Of a DNA stretch of 64,000 nt, positions 18,234 to 28,472 are shown one piece after another (position 1 is the first letter of the stretch; every line of letters starts with the position of its first letter). Below the pieces are notes generated by a model that was not told the origin of the DNA, searched no databases, and worked only from the letters and a program-made list of their open reading frames with translations. The stretch comes from an uncultured Clostridia bacterium (GTDB lineage: Bacteria; Bacillota; Clostridia; TANB77; CAG-508), in contig CALXCJ010000003.1 in assembly GCA_944386775.1 (NCBI GenBank), forward strand, positions 1,381 to 65,380, in the 5' to 3' direction. A program made the position numbers and the translations under genes.

Positions 18234-20468
18234 ATGAAAGATGTAGATATTATTGTACCAATATATAATGCATATGATTACACAGTAGAATGTATAAAAA
18301 GCATTTTAAATACAACAGATTTAAACAAAAATACTTTAGTTTTAATAAATGATAAAAGTCCAGATGAAAAAATATTACCTATGCTTTACAAATTTAAAAA
18401 TGAAAATCAAGATAAAAAAATAGTTGTACTAGAAAATGAGCAAAATATGGGGTTTGTTAAAACTGTTAATAGAGGTATGGGTTATTCTAGTAATGATGTA
18501 ATTTTACTAAATAGTGATACAGAAGTAACTAAAAATTGGATAGAAAAATTGCAAGATGCAGCATATTCTAATCCTTTTGTTGCAACAGTTACACCACTTA
18601 CAAACAATGGTACAATATGTTCTGTTCCAAACTTTGGGGTTGATAATGAACTTCCAAAAAATATGAATCTTGAAAGTTATGCTGAAATGATTGAAAAAAT
18701 ATCAAAAAGTAGGTATCCAGAGCTTACTACTGGAAATGGATTTTGCTTATATATAAAAAGAAATGTAATTGATGAGCTAGGACTTTTTGATGATGTAACT
18801 TTTGGAAAAGGATATGGAGAAGAAAATGATTTTTGTTATAGAGCATTAGACCATGGGTATACAAATATATTATGTGATAATACTTTTATATATCATAAGG
18901 GTACACAAAGCTTTAAAAAGGAAAATTTAACAGAAACAAAAGCTGCACTTATAGAATCACATATGAAATTACTAAGAGAAAAACACCCTATATATGTTCA
19001 AAAAACAGACAATTTTATAGCAAATAATCCACTAAGAGACATTCAAGAAAATATTGATATTAATATTAAATTATATGGAAAAAGAAGAATATTATATTTA
19101 GTAAATGAATGGGAAGAAAATATGGAGATGACAGGTGGAACTTCTTTGCATATAAAAGACTTAATAGAAAAAAATCTAGAAAGCAAAATTGCAAGCTTTG
19201 TACTTGCACCAGACAAGTTTGATTTGACAAGATTTAAATTATACTTATATACAGAAGGTTGCTCAAGAGAAATTGCAAACTTTAAAACAGATATACAAAA
19301 TTATGGTCAAATAAATTATACAAACCAAACATATGAGAAAATGATAAAAACTATATTTGATAGCTTTAAGATAGATATATTACATGTACATCATTTCTTA
19401 TTCCAAACATTTGACGCAATATATGAAGCTAAAAAAAGAGGAATATATTCAATTATAACATTGCATGATTTGTATATGAGTTGTCCATCAATTAATATGG
19501 TTTATAAAGACAAGTTTTGTGAAGTAGATAAAGATAAAGACTGCTCAAAATGTTTAAACTTGCGTTATGGAGTAAACTCTGATATACTTGCAAATTGGAG
19601 AAAAACTTGCAAAAATGTATTAGAAAAATTTGATAGAATAATAGTTCCATCTGAAAATACTAAAAAACAATATAATAAAGTATATAAAGATTTGCAAATT
19701 GAAGTAGTAGAACATGGCGTAAAATTAATAAAAACAAATACAAATTTAGAAAAAACTAAAAAAGATACATTTGATATTGCATTTGTTGGAGCTATGGCTA
19801 TTCATAAAGGAAGTAATATACTAAAAAGTTTAATAAAAGAATGTAATAATCCAAAAATAAAAATTCATTTATTTGGAAAATCAGAAGATGAAAGCTTGCA
19901 TCAAAACCAAAGTAATTATATTTTTCATGGAAAATATAAAAGAGGAGAATTGCCACAATTATTAATAGATAATAATATAGATTTAGTTTGTATGTTTACT
20001 CCATGGCCTGAGACTTATTCATATACTTTAACAGAATGTTATATGGCAAAAATACCTGTTTTAGCATTTGACATAGGTGCAGTAGGAGATAGAATAAAGC
20101 AAGACAAATTAGGTTGGACTATAGAATACCCACAAGATACTAAAAAAATAATATCTAAAATAGAAGAAATAATGCAAAACAAAGAAGAATATGATAAAAT
20201 TAAAAAACAATTTGAAAATTATAAGTTTAAAACAATTGAGGAAATGCAAAATTATTATGAAGATTTATATAAAATAGTACCTGAAAAAGAGGGCAAAGAT
20301 GTAGCAGATATGTATTTATTAAAAGATTTTGCAAGACAAACTATGGAAATAGACTTTATGCAATATATGGCTTTATATGGACATGTTGTGCATAGATATG
20401 AAAAGATGAGAGCTTCTAAATTATGGAAAATTGCAAAAAAAATAAAGGCATTTTTAAAAGGTAAGTAA
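18234..20468 (+). CDS. Bifunctional glycosyltransferase: N-terminal GT2 domain and C-terminal GT4/GT1-like domain
   Basis: 744 aa with VDIIVPIYNAYDYTVECIKS, LLNSDTEV and GYGEENDFCYRA. The C-terminal half is GT-B-like (ILHVHHF..., FVGAMAIHKG, PETYSYTLTE). Confidence 0.75.
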   Translation: MKDVDIIVPIYNAYDYTVECIKSILNTTDLNKNTLVLINDKSPDEKILPMLYKFKNENQDKKIVVLENEQNMGFVKTVNRGMGYSSNDVILLNSDTEVTKNWIEKLQDAAYSNPFVATVTPLTNNGTICSVPNFGVDNELPKNMNLESYAEMIEKISKSRYPELTTGNGFCLYIKRNVIDELGLFDDVTFGKGYGEENDFCYRALDHGYTNILCDNTFIYHKGTQSFKKENLTETKAALIESHMKLLREKHPIYVQKTDNFIANNPLRDIQENIDINIKLYGKRRILYLVNEWEENMEMTGGTSLHIKDLIEKNLESKIASFVLAPDKFDLTRFKLYLYTEGCSREIANFKTDIQNYGQINYTNQTYEKMIKTIFDSFKIDILHVHHFLFQTFDAIYEAKKRGIYSIITLHDLYMSCPSINMVYKDKFCEVDKDKDCSKCLNLRYGVNSDILANWRKTCKNVLEKFDRIIVPSENTKKQYNKVYKDLQIEVVEHGVKLIKTNTNLEKTKKDTFDIAFVGAMAIHKGSNILKSLIKECNNPKIKIHLFGKSEDESLHQNQSNYIFHGKYKRGELPQLLIDNNIDLVCMFTPWPETYSYTLTECYMAKIPVLAFDIGAVGDRIKQDKLGWTIEYPQDTKKIISKIEEIMQNKEEYDKIKKQFENYKFKTIEEMQNYYEDLYKIVPEKEGKDVADMYLLKDFARQTMEIDFMQYMALYGHVVHRYEKMRASKLWKIAKKIKAFLKGK

Positions 20469-20487
20469 TTAAAATGAAAGGGAGTTT

Positions 20488-22040
20488 ATGGAAGTACTAA
20501 TAGAAAAAATAAAAAACAATAAAAATAATATTTATAATAAACTAATATTTGTGCTAGAAATTATTGCATCATTATTTTTAGGTATATGTATATATAAAGT
20601 ATTATATTTATACCAAGATTTTGGCTATATTTCTAAACTTTATGTAGCATTATCTATAATTTTAATTACATTATTAATTACAATTTTTGTATTAAATTAT
20701 AGAAAATATAAAGATAAAATTGAAAAATTATTTTTAACATTTATAATTCCAATAGGAATGATGTTTGTAGTTTTATTACCACCTAACTGGACTCCTGATG
20801 AAGAAGGGCATATTTTTAAATGTTATGATTTATCTATGGGGCATATAGTAACACCTTTAGGCGAGAATAATGAAGGAGATATTTATGTTCCAAAAGGACT
20901 ATATAAATTAACTGAAGAAAAAAACACATTTACATATTCTAAGATACACAACTTACTATCAGAAGAAGCAGATTATGAGGACTTAGTACCTGCACAAACA
21001 GCTGCTAAATCATATTCTCCTGTAAGTTATATAGTTGGGGGAATTACATTTGCAATATGTAGAGTTTTTAATATAAATTTTTTACTTGCATGTTATATAA
21101 TAAAATTGCTTAATTTTATAGCTTTTGCTATAGTAGGCTATATCATAATAAAAATCGTGCCTTTTGGAAAACTAGTTTTTGCAATATATATGTTTTTACC
21201 AATGTGTATCACGCAAGCCGCATCAATTTCTGCAGATAGTTTTATTAATAATATATGTTTGCTATTTATAGCATATAATTTAAAATTATTATTCCAAAAG
21301 CAAGATTTAAAACTAAGGCAAAGAATAATATATTATGTTATGACAATTTTAGTATCACTTTGTAAATATGTATATTTCCCACTTGTATTTTTAAGCTTAC
21401 TCTTACTTGGAAACAAAGAATTCAAAAAGAAAAAAGTATGGGAACTTGTTGTTATATCAATAATACTTGCAATAGTTTGTGCGGTTTGCTGGTATATTTT
21501 TTCCCGGAAATTATGTAGATGTAAGGGCTTATATTAAAGAGGCAAATGTAAATTCAAGTGAACAGTTAAAGGGAATACTTTCAAATCCTATGCATTATTT
21601 AGAAGTAATAAAAAATACTTTTTATGAATATGGAGGAGATTACTTATTAACATTTGGGGGAACTCTGCTTCGGATATGCAAATGATATTAAAGTTCCAGA
21701 AATAGTAGTAATAGTAATGTTAATTGGACTTTTTATAACACCATTCGTAACAAATGAAAAAGAAGACATAAATTTAAAACAGAAAATTTGGTTTATATTA
21801 ATATTTTTAGGATTAACATTATTAATACTTACAGGTCTATACCTAACTTGGTCACCTGTTGGATATGAGGTTATAGCAGGAGTACAAGGAAGATATTTCA
21901 TACCAGCTATCATTCTTATTTTACTATGTTTAATTAATAAAAATAAAAAAGTCGAATATAAAAATATCGAACTTAAATACTTTGTAACATTTTTAGTGCT
22001 TAATATTATACCAATTATGCAGATAATTGAAAGAATATAA
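20488..22040 (+). CDS. Polytopic GT-C-like membrane protein (DUF2142-like). The reading frame is broken twice by +1 shifts at CGG-A, so it is either a pseudogene or a recoded gene.
   Basis: Track fragments are 20488-21537, 21479-21685 and 21654-22040. An N-terminal PPNWTPDEEGH motif is present. Dropping one nt at 21505 and one at 21671 gives 1551 nt (517 codons) with no other lesion. Confidence 0.6.
21505..21508 (+). other. Frame-break site TCC-CGG-A. The +1 frame reads GGA (Gly).
   Basis: Zero frame reads WYIFS-R-KLCRCKGLY*. The +1 frame reads WYIFS-G-NYVDVRAYIKEANV and continues into ORF 21479-21685. Confidence 0.7.
21671..21674 (+). other. Frame-break site CTT-CGG-A. The +1 frame reads GGA (Gly).
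   Basis: Zero frame reads TFGGTLL-R-ICK*. The +1 frame reads TFGGTLL-G-YANDIKVPEIVV and continues into ORF 21654-22040. Confidence 0.7.
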
Positions 22041-22045
22041 TGTTT

Positions 22046-22132
22046 TAATAAAATTAGTGAATATAAAATTGAAAAATATAATAATTTAATAAAATTAGTG
22101 AATATAAAAATTGAAAAAATATAATAATTTAA
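22046..22132. repeat. Direct tandem duplication (two copies of about 43 bp) in the spacer
   Basis: The unit aataaaattagtgaatataaaa(a)ttgaaaaa(a)tataataattt appears twice in succession. Confidence 0.6.
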
Positions 22133-22220
22133 TAAATGAAAAAATCTGAAAAATATACTCTTTAAACAAAAGCCTAAAATTAAATACTAATGATTTACAA
22201 ATAAAGCAAGGAGAAAATAG

Positions 22221-24361
22221 ATGGAGATAGTAAAAAATATAAGAGAAAAATTTTTAAAAAAAGGTTTATATACAAAGCAAAAATTAATAATAGCCATAAT
22301 TTTGTCAATTATAATATCAGTAATATTTACTATAACAAGAAGCCAAATAATAATAGATAGAATACCAATTTTTGCCGGAATATTAATATTTATATCTTTA
22401 CATTTTATTTTAGACTTAAAAAAAATGTATGAATTTATATACAAATATAGATATTATATTGCACTTGCTTTCCTAATTTATGCAGTAATAATGGGATATT
22501 CAATGTCTTCAATAGGTGTTTATAATAATTTAATTCAAGGAGAAAGTACAGACAAATATTATGCGCCAATACTTCGGAGAATCAAGAAGTATAAGGTCTG
22601 ATGAATGGGTTGTAAATACACCAATATTTATATCACAAGCAATAGATGAAGATAATCCATTTGCATATTATAATGATAATTTAAGAGGAACTATGACAGA
22701 TATGTTTACAGTTGTAGCTCCACCAGTACTAGATATACTAACATTCGCAAGGCCATTTAATATTGGATTTATACTACTTGGAGCAGAAAGAGGACTTTCT
22801 TTCCTTTGGTTTGGAAAATGGATAGCATTAATGCTTGTTTCATTTGAATTTTGCATGTTAATAACAAACAAGAAAAAGTTAATTTCACTAATGGGCATGC
22901 TTATGATAGTATTTTCAGCTTCAACAGTATGGTGGAATTGGACAGACTTGTTATTTTGGGGAATGCTTGCACTTTTACTAATAAATAAATTTTTGGAAAC
23001 TAAAAAACTAAAAACAAAATTACTCTGTGCATTTGGTTTATTTATAAGTGCAATATCCTATGTATTTATAATGTATCCAGCTTGGCAACTTCCTTATGGA
23101 TACATTTACCTTGGAATTTTTATATGGATATGTTATAAAAACAGAAAAAATTACAAAATAAATTTAAAAGATGTATTAATAATTTTAGCTGTAATAGTCA
23201 TAATTGCATGTATTGGAATAAGGTATTTAGTTTTGGCAAAAGATGCTTTGACGCTTGAACTAAACACTGATTATCCAGGCCAAAGGTTTGAAACAGGTGG
23301 CGGAGGTGCAAAAATACTATTCTCATATGTATATAGTTTCATGTTCCCATATACAGAGGTAGATAACCCTTGTGAACTTTCAGGAATGATATCATTTTAC
23401 CCAATACCTATGATACTTGCAGTAATATATTTAATAAAAAATAAAGATAGAAAAAAACATTTTGCATTTTTATTGCCACTTCTATTTTTAGGAATATTAT
23501 TTTCAATATTTACACTTGTACAAACCAATGAACTATTTGCAAAAATTACACTTTTATATATGGTTCCAGCAACAAGACTTGCAGTTCCACTAAGCTTTAT
23601 ACAAGTACTACTTATAATATATCTTATGAGCATATTTAATAAAGATACAAACTGGATTAAAAATGAAAACTTAATAAAAGTAATCTCAGTTGCGTTTAGT
23701 ATAATTATATTTAGTATAGCTGCACAAACAGGACCTCGGATCACTTTTCGGAGCATTAAAATCATATATATATGGATTAATTTTACTTGCAGGAATTTAT
23801 CTATTATTTACAATGAATAAAGAAAAAAATAGAAAATACTTAATTTACTTAATTATGCTAATTGCTATAATTACAGGACCTACAGTAAACCCTATACAAA
23901 AAGGAATATCAGTATTAACAGAAAAGCCTATTGCAAAAGAAATTCAAAAAATAGTAGATGAAAATGAAAGTCAAAACTTATGGATTGCAGATAACACAGA
24001 ATTTTATATGTCAAATTATCTATTATGTAATAAAGCAAAGGTCATAAACTCAACAAACACTTATCCAAACTTTGAACTTTTTGAAACAGTATTAGGAGAA
24101 AAAGCACTTGACCAAGACACAAGAAAAATATATAATAGGTATGCACATATAGTTTGTGAAATAACCGAAAATAGAAATGATGTAGAACTAGTTTATGAAG
24201 ACAGAATAAAATTATATATAACTCCAGAAAAACTAGCAGAACTTGGAGTAAAATATATATTCACAACAAGAGACATAGACGAATTTGATACAGAAAGTTT
24301 AGATTTTAGTAAACTATATGATGAACAAGGTCTTAAAATATATGAGTTAAATAATAGATAA
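22221..24361 (+). CDS. Large polytopic membrane protein (GT-C-like, family not recognised). The reading frame is broken twice by +1 shifts at CGG-A.
   Basis: Track fragments are 22221-22601, 22561-23820 and 23813-24361. There are many TM segments and an RSDEW motif. The length minus 2 nt is 2139 nt (713 codons). Confidence 0.6.
22575..22578 (+). other. Frame-break site CTT-CGG-A. The +1 frame reads GGA (Gly).
   Basis: Zero frame reads YYAPIL-R-RIKKYKV*. The +1 frame reads YYAPIL-G-ESRSIRSDEWVVNTPIF. Confidence 0.7.
23737..23752 (+). other. Frame-break region with two zero-frame CGG-A sites (CCT-CGG-A at 23737, TTT-CGG-A at 23749). A +1 shift at either one joins the next ORF.
   Basis: A shift at the first site gives TGP-G-SLFGALKSYIYGLILLAGIYLLFTMNKEK. 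A shift at the second gives TGPRITF-G-ALKSY... Confidence 0.65.
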
Positions 24362-24537
24362 TGATAAACAAAAAAAATAATTACACTAAAATAAGGAAAA
24401 TAAAAAAATAAGAAAATAAAAACTAAAAAACAGTAAGAACAAAAAATTTGCAAATCATAAATTATTCAAATAATTTTATATTACAAATTATGTAGATTTC
24501 TACTTAAAGTTTAAGCTAAAAAAGAAAAGGAGAAATA

Positions 24538-25254
24538 ATGAAAGTTTTATTAATAATACCAGCATATAACGAAGAAGAAAACATAATAAGAGTATGCAAA
24601 GAAATTGAAGAAGCAAATAGTAATGTAGATTATGTTGTAATAAATGATGGTTCAACAGACAATACTCTAAAGCTATTAGAAGAAAATAATATAAATCACA
24701 TAAATTTAGTTCGAAACCTAGGAATAGGAGGAGCAGTTCAAACAGGGTATAAATATGCTTTAGAAAAAGGCTATGATATAGCAGTACAATATGATGGAGA
24801 TGGGCAACACGACATAACATATCTAGACACAATATGTAAGCCAATAATAGAAAACCAAGCAGACTTTTGTATAGGTTCAAGATACCTAGATGACCATACA
24901 AGTACCTTTAAATCTACATTTATGCGAAGGCTTGGAAAAAATATAATATCATTTATAATAAAACTATTCTGGAAGAAAAAAATTACAGACCCAACATCAG
25001 GATTTAGAGCTGCAAATAGAAAAGTAATAGAACTATTTGCAAAAGAATACCCAACAGACTATCCAGAGCCAGAAAGCACAGTAACACTTTTAAAACTAGG
25101 ATTTAATGTAACAGAAAGACCAGTAAACATGAAAGAAAGACTAGCAGGAGAATCATTTGCAAATGTATGGACAAGTTGCAAATATATGGTAAAAGTAACA
25201 CTTTCTATAATGATTGATAGCATTTTCAGAACGAATGGAGGAAAGGTTAGATGA
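24538..25254 (+). CDS. Family 2 glycosyltransferase, soluble polyprenyl-phosphate sugar synthase type
   Basis: 238 aa with MKVLLIIPAYNEEENI, VINDGSTDNT and QYDGDGQHD. The stop overlaps the next start (ATGA). Confidence 0.8.
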   Translation: MKVLLIIPAYNEEENIIRVCKEIEEANSNVDYVVINDGSTDNTLKLLEENNINHINLVRNLGIGGAVQTGYKYALEKGYDIAVQYDGDGQHDITYLDTICKPIIENQADFCIGSRYLDDHTSTFKSTFMRRLGKNIISFIIKLFWKKKITDPTSGFRAANRKVIELFAKEYPTDYPEPESTVTLLKLGFNVTERPVNMKERLAGESFANVWTSCKYMVKVTLSIMIDSIFRTNGGKVR

Positions 25255-25664
25255 CAATAACTTTAAAGCTAGCATTAATAGTAATAACAGCAATATATAT
25301 GTTTCTAATAATAAAATCTATTAGAAAGAAAAAAATGAATGTATCTTTTTCATTATTCTGGATAGTAACAGGTATAATCTTAATAATATCAGCACTAGTA
25401 CCAAATATGATAGAATATATATCAAACTTAATAGGATTTGAAACACCTTCAAATATGTTATTTTGTATAACAATATTTGTATCATTCTATTTAATATTTA
25501 ACTTAACAACAATATTATCAGAAGAGAACAAAAAAAACACATTATTAATCCAAGAAGTTTCTTTACTAAAAAAGCAGGTAAAAAATTTAGAACAAAAAAT
25601 AGATAAATATGCAAATAATAGTGATAAAATAGCTAAAAAGGATGAAGAAGAAAAGGAACAATAA
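25251..25664 (+). CDS. Small membrane protein, DUF2304-like partner of the preceding GT2
   Basis: 137 aa with 3-4 TM segments and a charged coiled tail. The GT2 plus small-membrane-protein pairing and translational coupling support the call. The family name is assigned from memory of this arrangement. Confidence 0.5.
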   Translation: MTITLKLALIVITAIYMFLIIKSIRKKKMNVSFSLFWIVTGIILIISALVPNMIEYISNLIGFETPSNMLFCITIFVSFYLIFNLTTILSEENKKNTLLIQEVSLLKKQVKNLEQKIDKYANNSDKIAKKDEEEKEQ

Positions 25665-25852
25665 AGTTTACTAAAAGGCTATATAAAAAATATATAGAAT
25701 AATAAAATAATATAATAATACAGATATAAAACGACTAAATTAAACAAAATTAAAATTATAAATTAAAAATATAAAAAATAAGTAACACAAACATTAAAAA
25801 TCAAAAAAATTAGAAAAGGAAGAAAAAGATGGAAAAAAGGAGAAATTTAAAA

Positions 25853-26209
25853 ATGCAAATAATATTAATAATAATCTATTTAATACTAACAGTATCAGGG
25901 CTAATACTTATGAAACTAGGAGGAAACACAGGAACACTTGCGTTTGATAATGGAAACATGAATTTTGGAATAAGTTTAGTCAGTTTAGCAGGATTTATAT
26001 GTTATATTTGTAGTTTCTTATTATTTACACGTCTAGTTGTAATGTTTGATTTAAGTTATATAATGCCATTAACAACAGGAATTGTTCAAGTACTAAGCTT
26101 AGTCGCATCAAAACTAATATTCAAAGAAAACTTCACTTGGCAAGCGGTACTTGGAGCAAGTTTAGTAATAATTGGTATAATTATAATGAATTACAAAAAA
26201 ACTAGTTAA
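25853..26209 (+). CDS. Small 4-TM protein of the DMT/SMR type (ArnE/F-like), a candidate lipid-linked sugar flippase
   Basis: MQIILIIIYLILTVSGLILMKLGG...LGASLVIIGIIIMNY. The ATG at 25853 follows RBS aaaggaga; the track start at 25829 is less likely. Confidence 0.5.
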   Translation: MQIILIIIYLILTVSGLILMKLGGNTGTLAFDNGNMNFGISLVSLAGFICYICSFLLFTRLVVMFDLSYIMPLTTGIVQVLSLVASKLIFKENFTWQAVLGASLVIIGIIIMNYKKTS

Positions 26210-26224
26210 ACTATTGTTGCCAAA

Positions 26225-26259
26225 ATTGCCAAAATAGACGGAGCTTTTTGGCAATTTTT
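26225..26259 (+). terminator. Hairpin terminator, member of the TTGCCAAAA/TTTTGGCAA element family
   Basis: attgccaaaa (26225-26234) pairs with ttttggcaat (26246-26255), with loop tagacggagct, followed by tttt. The loop and stem resemble 8555-8584. Confidence 0.6.
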
Positions 26260-26260
26260 A

Positions 26261-26289
26261 TGAACTTTAGGAACGTCTCTTAAAGTTCA
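26261..26289 (+). promoter_or_regulatory. Inverted repeat TGAACTTTA-N11-TAAAGTTCA, copy 1
   Basis: tgaactttaggaacgtctcttaaagttca. A near-identical second copy lies at 26359-26390. Confidence 0.35.
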
Positions 26290-26358
26290 TGAAAAATTTT
26301 AAAATTATAATAAAGACGATTTTTTTGATATATACAAATTAATTTTAATAAAAAATTG

Positions 26359-26390
26359 TGAACTTTAAGGAACAATCTCACTAAAGTTCA
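26359..26390 (+). promoter_or_regulatory. Inverted repeat TGAACTTTA-N14-TAAAGTTCA, copy 2, abutting the RBS of the GtrB-like gene
   Basis: tgaactttaaggaacaatctcactaaagttca ends 6 nt before aaaggag. Confidence 0.35.
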
Positions 26391-26408
26391 TAAAAAAAGG
26401 AGAATTTT

Positions 26409-27350
26409 ATGGAGAAAATTTCAGTAGTAGTATCTTGTTATAACGAACAAGAGAGTTTACCTTTATTTTACAAAGAAATGGAAAGAGTTAGAAAAGAAGA
26501 TTTTAAAGATATTGATTTTGAGTACATATTTGTAAATGATGGTTCAAAAGATAAGACTTTAGAAGAAATAAAGAACTTAAGAAAAATAGATGATAAGGTA
26601 AGGTATATATCATTTTCTAGAAATTTTGGTAAAGAAGCTGCTATGTTTGCAGGGCTTGAATATTCTACAGGTGATTATGTTACAGTAATGGATGCAGACC
26701 TTCAAGATCCGCCATCACTTTTAAAACAGATGTATGATACTATAAAAAATGAAGGATATGATTGTGTTGCAACAAGGAGAGTAACCAGAAAAGGAGAACC
26801 ACCTATTAGGAGTTTTTTTGCTAAAATGTTTTATAAATTAATAAATAAAATGTCAGATGTAGAAATGGTTGATGGTGCAAGGGATTATAGATTAATGACA
26901 AGGCAAATGGTAGATGCAGTAATAAATTTAAAAGAATATAATAGATTTTCAAAAGGATTATTTGGTTTTGTAGGTTTTAATACAAAATGGATAGAATATG
27001 AAAATGTTGAAAGAGTAGCAGGAGAAACAAAATGGTCATTTTGGAAATTATTTAAATATGCCTTAGAAGGAATAACAGCATTTTCTACAACTCCACTTAT
27101 AATTGCATCTATAGTTGGAATATTATTTTGTATAATAGCATTTATACTAATTGTAGTAATAATTATAAGAACTCTAATATTCGGAGATCCAACTTCTGGA
27201 TGGCCATCACTTGTTTGTATTATATTTTTAGTAAGTGGTGTACAATTATTTTGTATTGGTATAATAGGGCAATATTTATCAAAGACCTATTTAGAAGTAA
27301 AAAATAGGCCAATATATATTGTAAAAGAAACAGAAAAAGATAAAAAATAA
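26409..27350 (+). CDS. Polyprenyl-phosphate glycosyltransferase (GtrB/CsbB-like GT2 with two C-terminal TM helices)
   Basis: 313 aa with ISVVVSCYNEQESL, VNDGSKDKT and MDADLQDPP, plus a C-terminal TM pair. Confidence 0.85.
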   Translation: MEKISVVVSCYNEQESLPLFYKEMERVRKEDFKDIDFEYIFVNDGSKDKTLEEIKNLRKIDDKVRYISFSRNFGKEAAMFAGLEYSTGDYVTVMDADLQDPPSLLKQMYDTIKNEGYDCVATRRVTRKGEPPIRSFFAKMFYKLINKMSDVEMVDGARDYRLMTRQMVDAVINLKEYNRFSKGLFGFVGFNTKWIEYENVERVAGETKWSFWKLFKYALEGITAFSTTPLIIASIVGILFCIIAFILIVVIIIRTLIFGDPTSGWPSLVCIIFLVSGVQLFCIGIIGQYLSKTYLEVKNRPIYIVKETEKDKK

Positions 27351-27362
27351 AAGAGGGGAATT

Positions 27363-28317
27363 ATGAAAAAATATAAAATATCAGTAGTTGTTCCAATGTA
27401 TTTTGAAGAAAGTGTGGTAGATGAATGTTATAGAAGAATAAAAAATACATTGCAAGATTTAGAAAATTATGATTATGAAATAATTTTTGTAAATGATGGA
27501 AGTCAAGATAGAACTTTAGAAAAATTAACCAATATTGCAAATAAAGATAAAAATGCAAAAATAATATCATTTTCAAGAAATTTTGGTCACCAAGCAGCAG
27601 TAACTGCTGGACTAAAATTTGTAACAGGTGATGTTTGCGTAATTATTGATGCAGATATGCAAGACCCACCAGAGCTTATTAAAGAAATGCTTAAATTGTG
27701 GGAAGATGGAAATGAAGTAATTTATGCAAAAAGAAAAACAAGGCAAGGAGAATCTAAATTCAAATTACTTTCTGCTAAAATGTTTTATAACACATTAAAT
27801 GCATTATCAGATGTTGAAATTCCAAAAGATACAGGCGATTTTAGATTATGTGACAGAAAAGTAATAAATACAATTAATAAAATGCCAGAACACAATAAAT
27901 TTTTAAGAGGATTATTTAGTTGGGTACGGATATAAGCAAATTCCATTTGAATATGATAGGCAAAAACGAATTGCTGGAAAAACAAAATACCCATTAAAAA
28001 AGATGTTAAAACTTGCTCAAGATGGAATTTTAAGCTTTTCTACAAAGCCATTAAAACTAGTAGGAGTTTTAGGTATATTTTCAATTTTAGTTTCAATAAT
28101 TTTACTAATATATGCTTTAGTTTCATATATTTTTAAATTTAATAATTTATCTGCAGGGTGGACTTCAATTATGTGTACAATTACTTTTTTTGCTGGAGTG
28201 CAACTTCTTTCTATTTGGCTTATGTCAGAATATATAGGAAGAATTTATGAGGAAACTAAGGGAAGACCGGAATATATTATTGATAAAACAATTAATATTG
28301 AAGATAATGGTGATTAA
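27363..28317 (+). CDS. Second GtrB/CsbB-like polyprenyl-phosphate glycosyltransferase. The reading frame is broken once by a +1 shift at CGG-A.
   Basis: Fragments are 27363-27935 and 28003-28317. Skipping C27927 gives ...[47 protein letters not shown], colinear with the paralogue (FGFVGFNTKWIEYENVERVAGETKW). The length minus 1 nt is 954 nt. Confidence 0.75.
27927..27930 (+). other. Frame-break site GTA-CGG-A. The +1 frame reads GGA (Gly).
   Basis: Zero frame reads FSWV-R-I*. The +1 frame restores colinearity with the adjacent paralogue. Confidence 0.8.
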
Positions 28318-28389
28318 AAAAGGATTTTCTTCTTGAAAAATTAAATTTTTTTTTGATGATAAAAAGTAAAAAAAAATTTACGAAAAGAC

Positions 28390-28418
28390 TTGACATAAGA
28401 TTAACAAGAGAGTATAAT
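28390..28418 (+). promoter_or_regulatory. Consensus sigma-A promoter for the orphan gene island
   Basis: TTGACA (28390-28395), a 17 nt spacer, then TATAAT (28413-28418). The palindrome TTACCGGTAA (28426-28435) follows. Confidence 0.6.
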
Positions 28419-28472
28419 ATAGTTGTTACCGGTAAAAACTGGTAAAGAAAAATTTATAAAGGAGGGCTTATT

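Noticed and set aside
21499-21505. Frame breaks as ordinary homopolymer sequencing errors
   Set aside because: Only the 21505 site lies next to a run (tttttt ccc). The other six junctions (gtaCgga, cttCgga twice, cctCgga/tttCgga, gttCgga, tctCgga) are not in homopolymers and share the same CGG-A context. A systematic artefact is still kept as the null hypothesis in the main finding.
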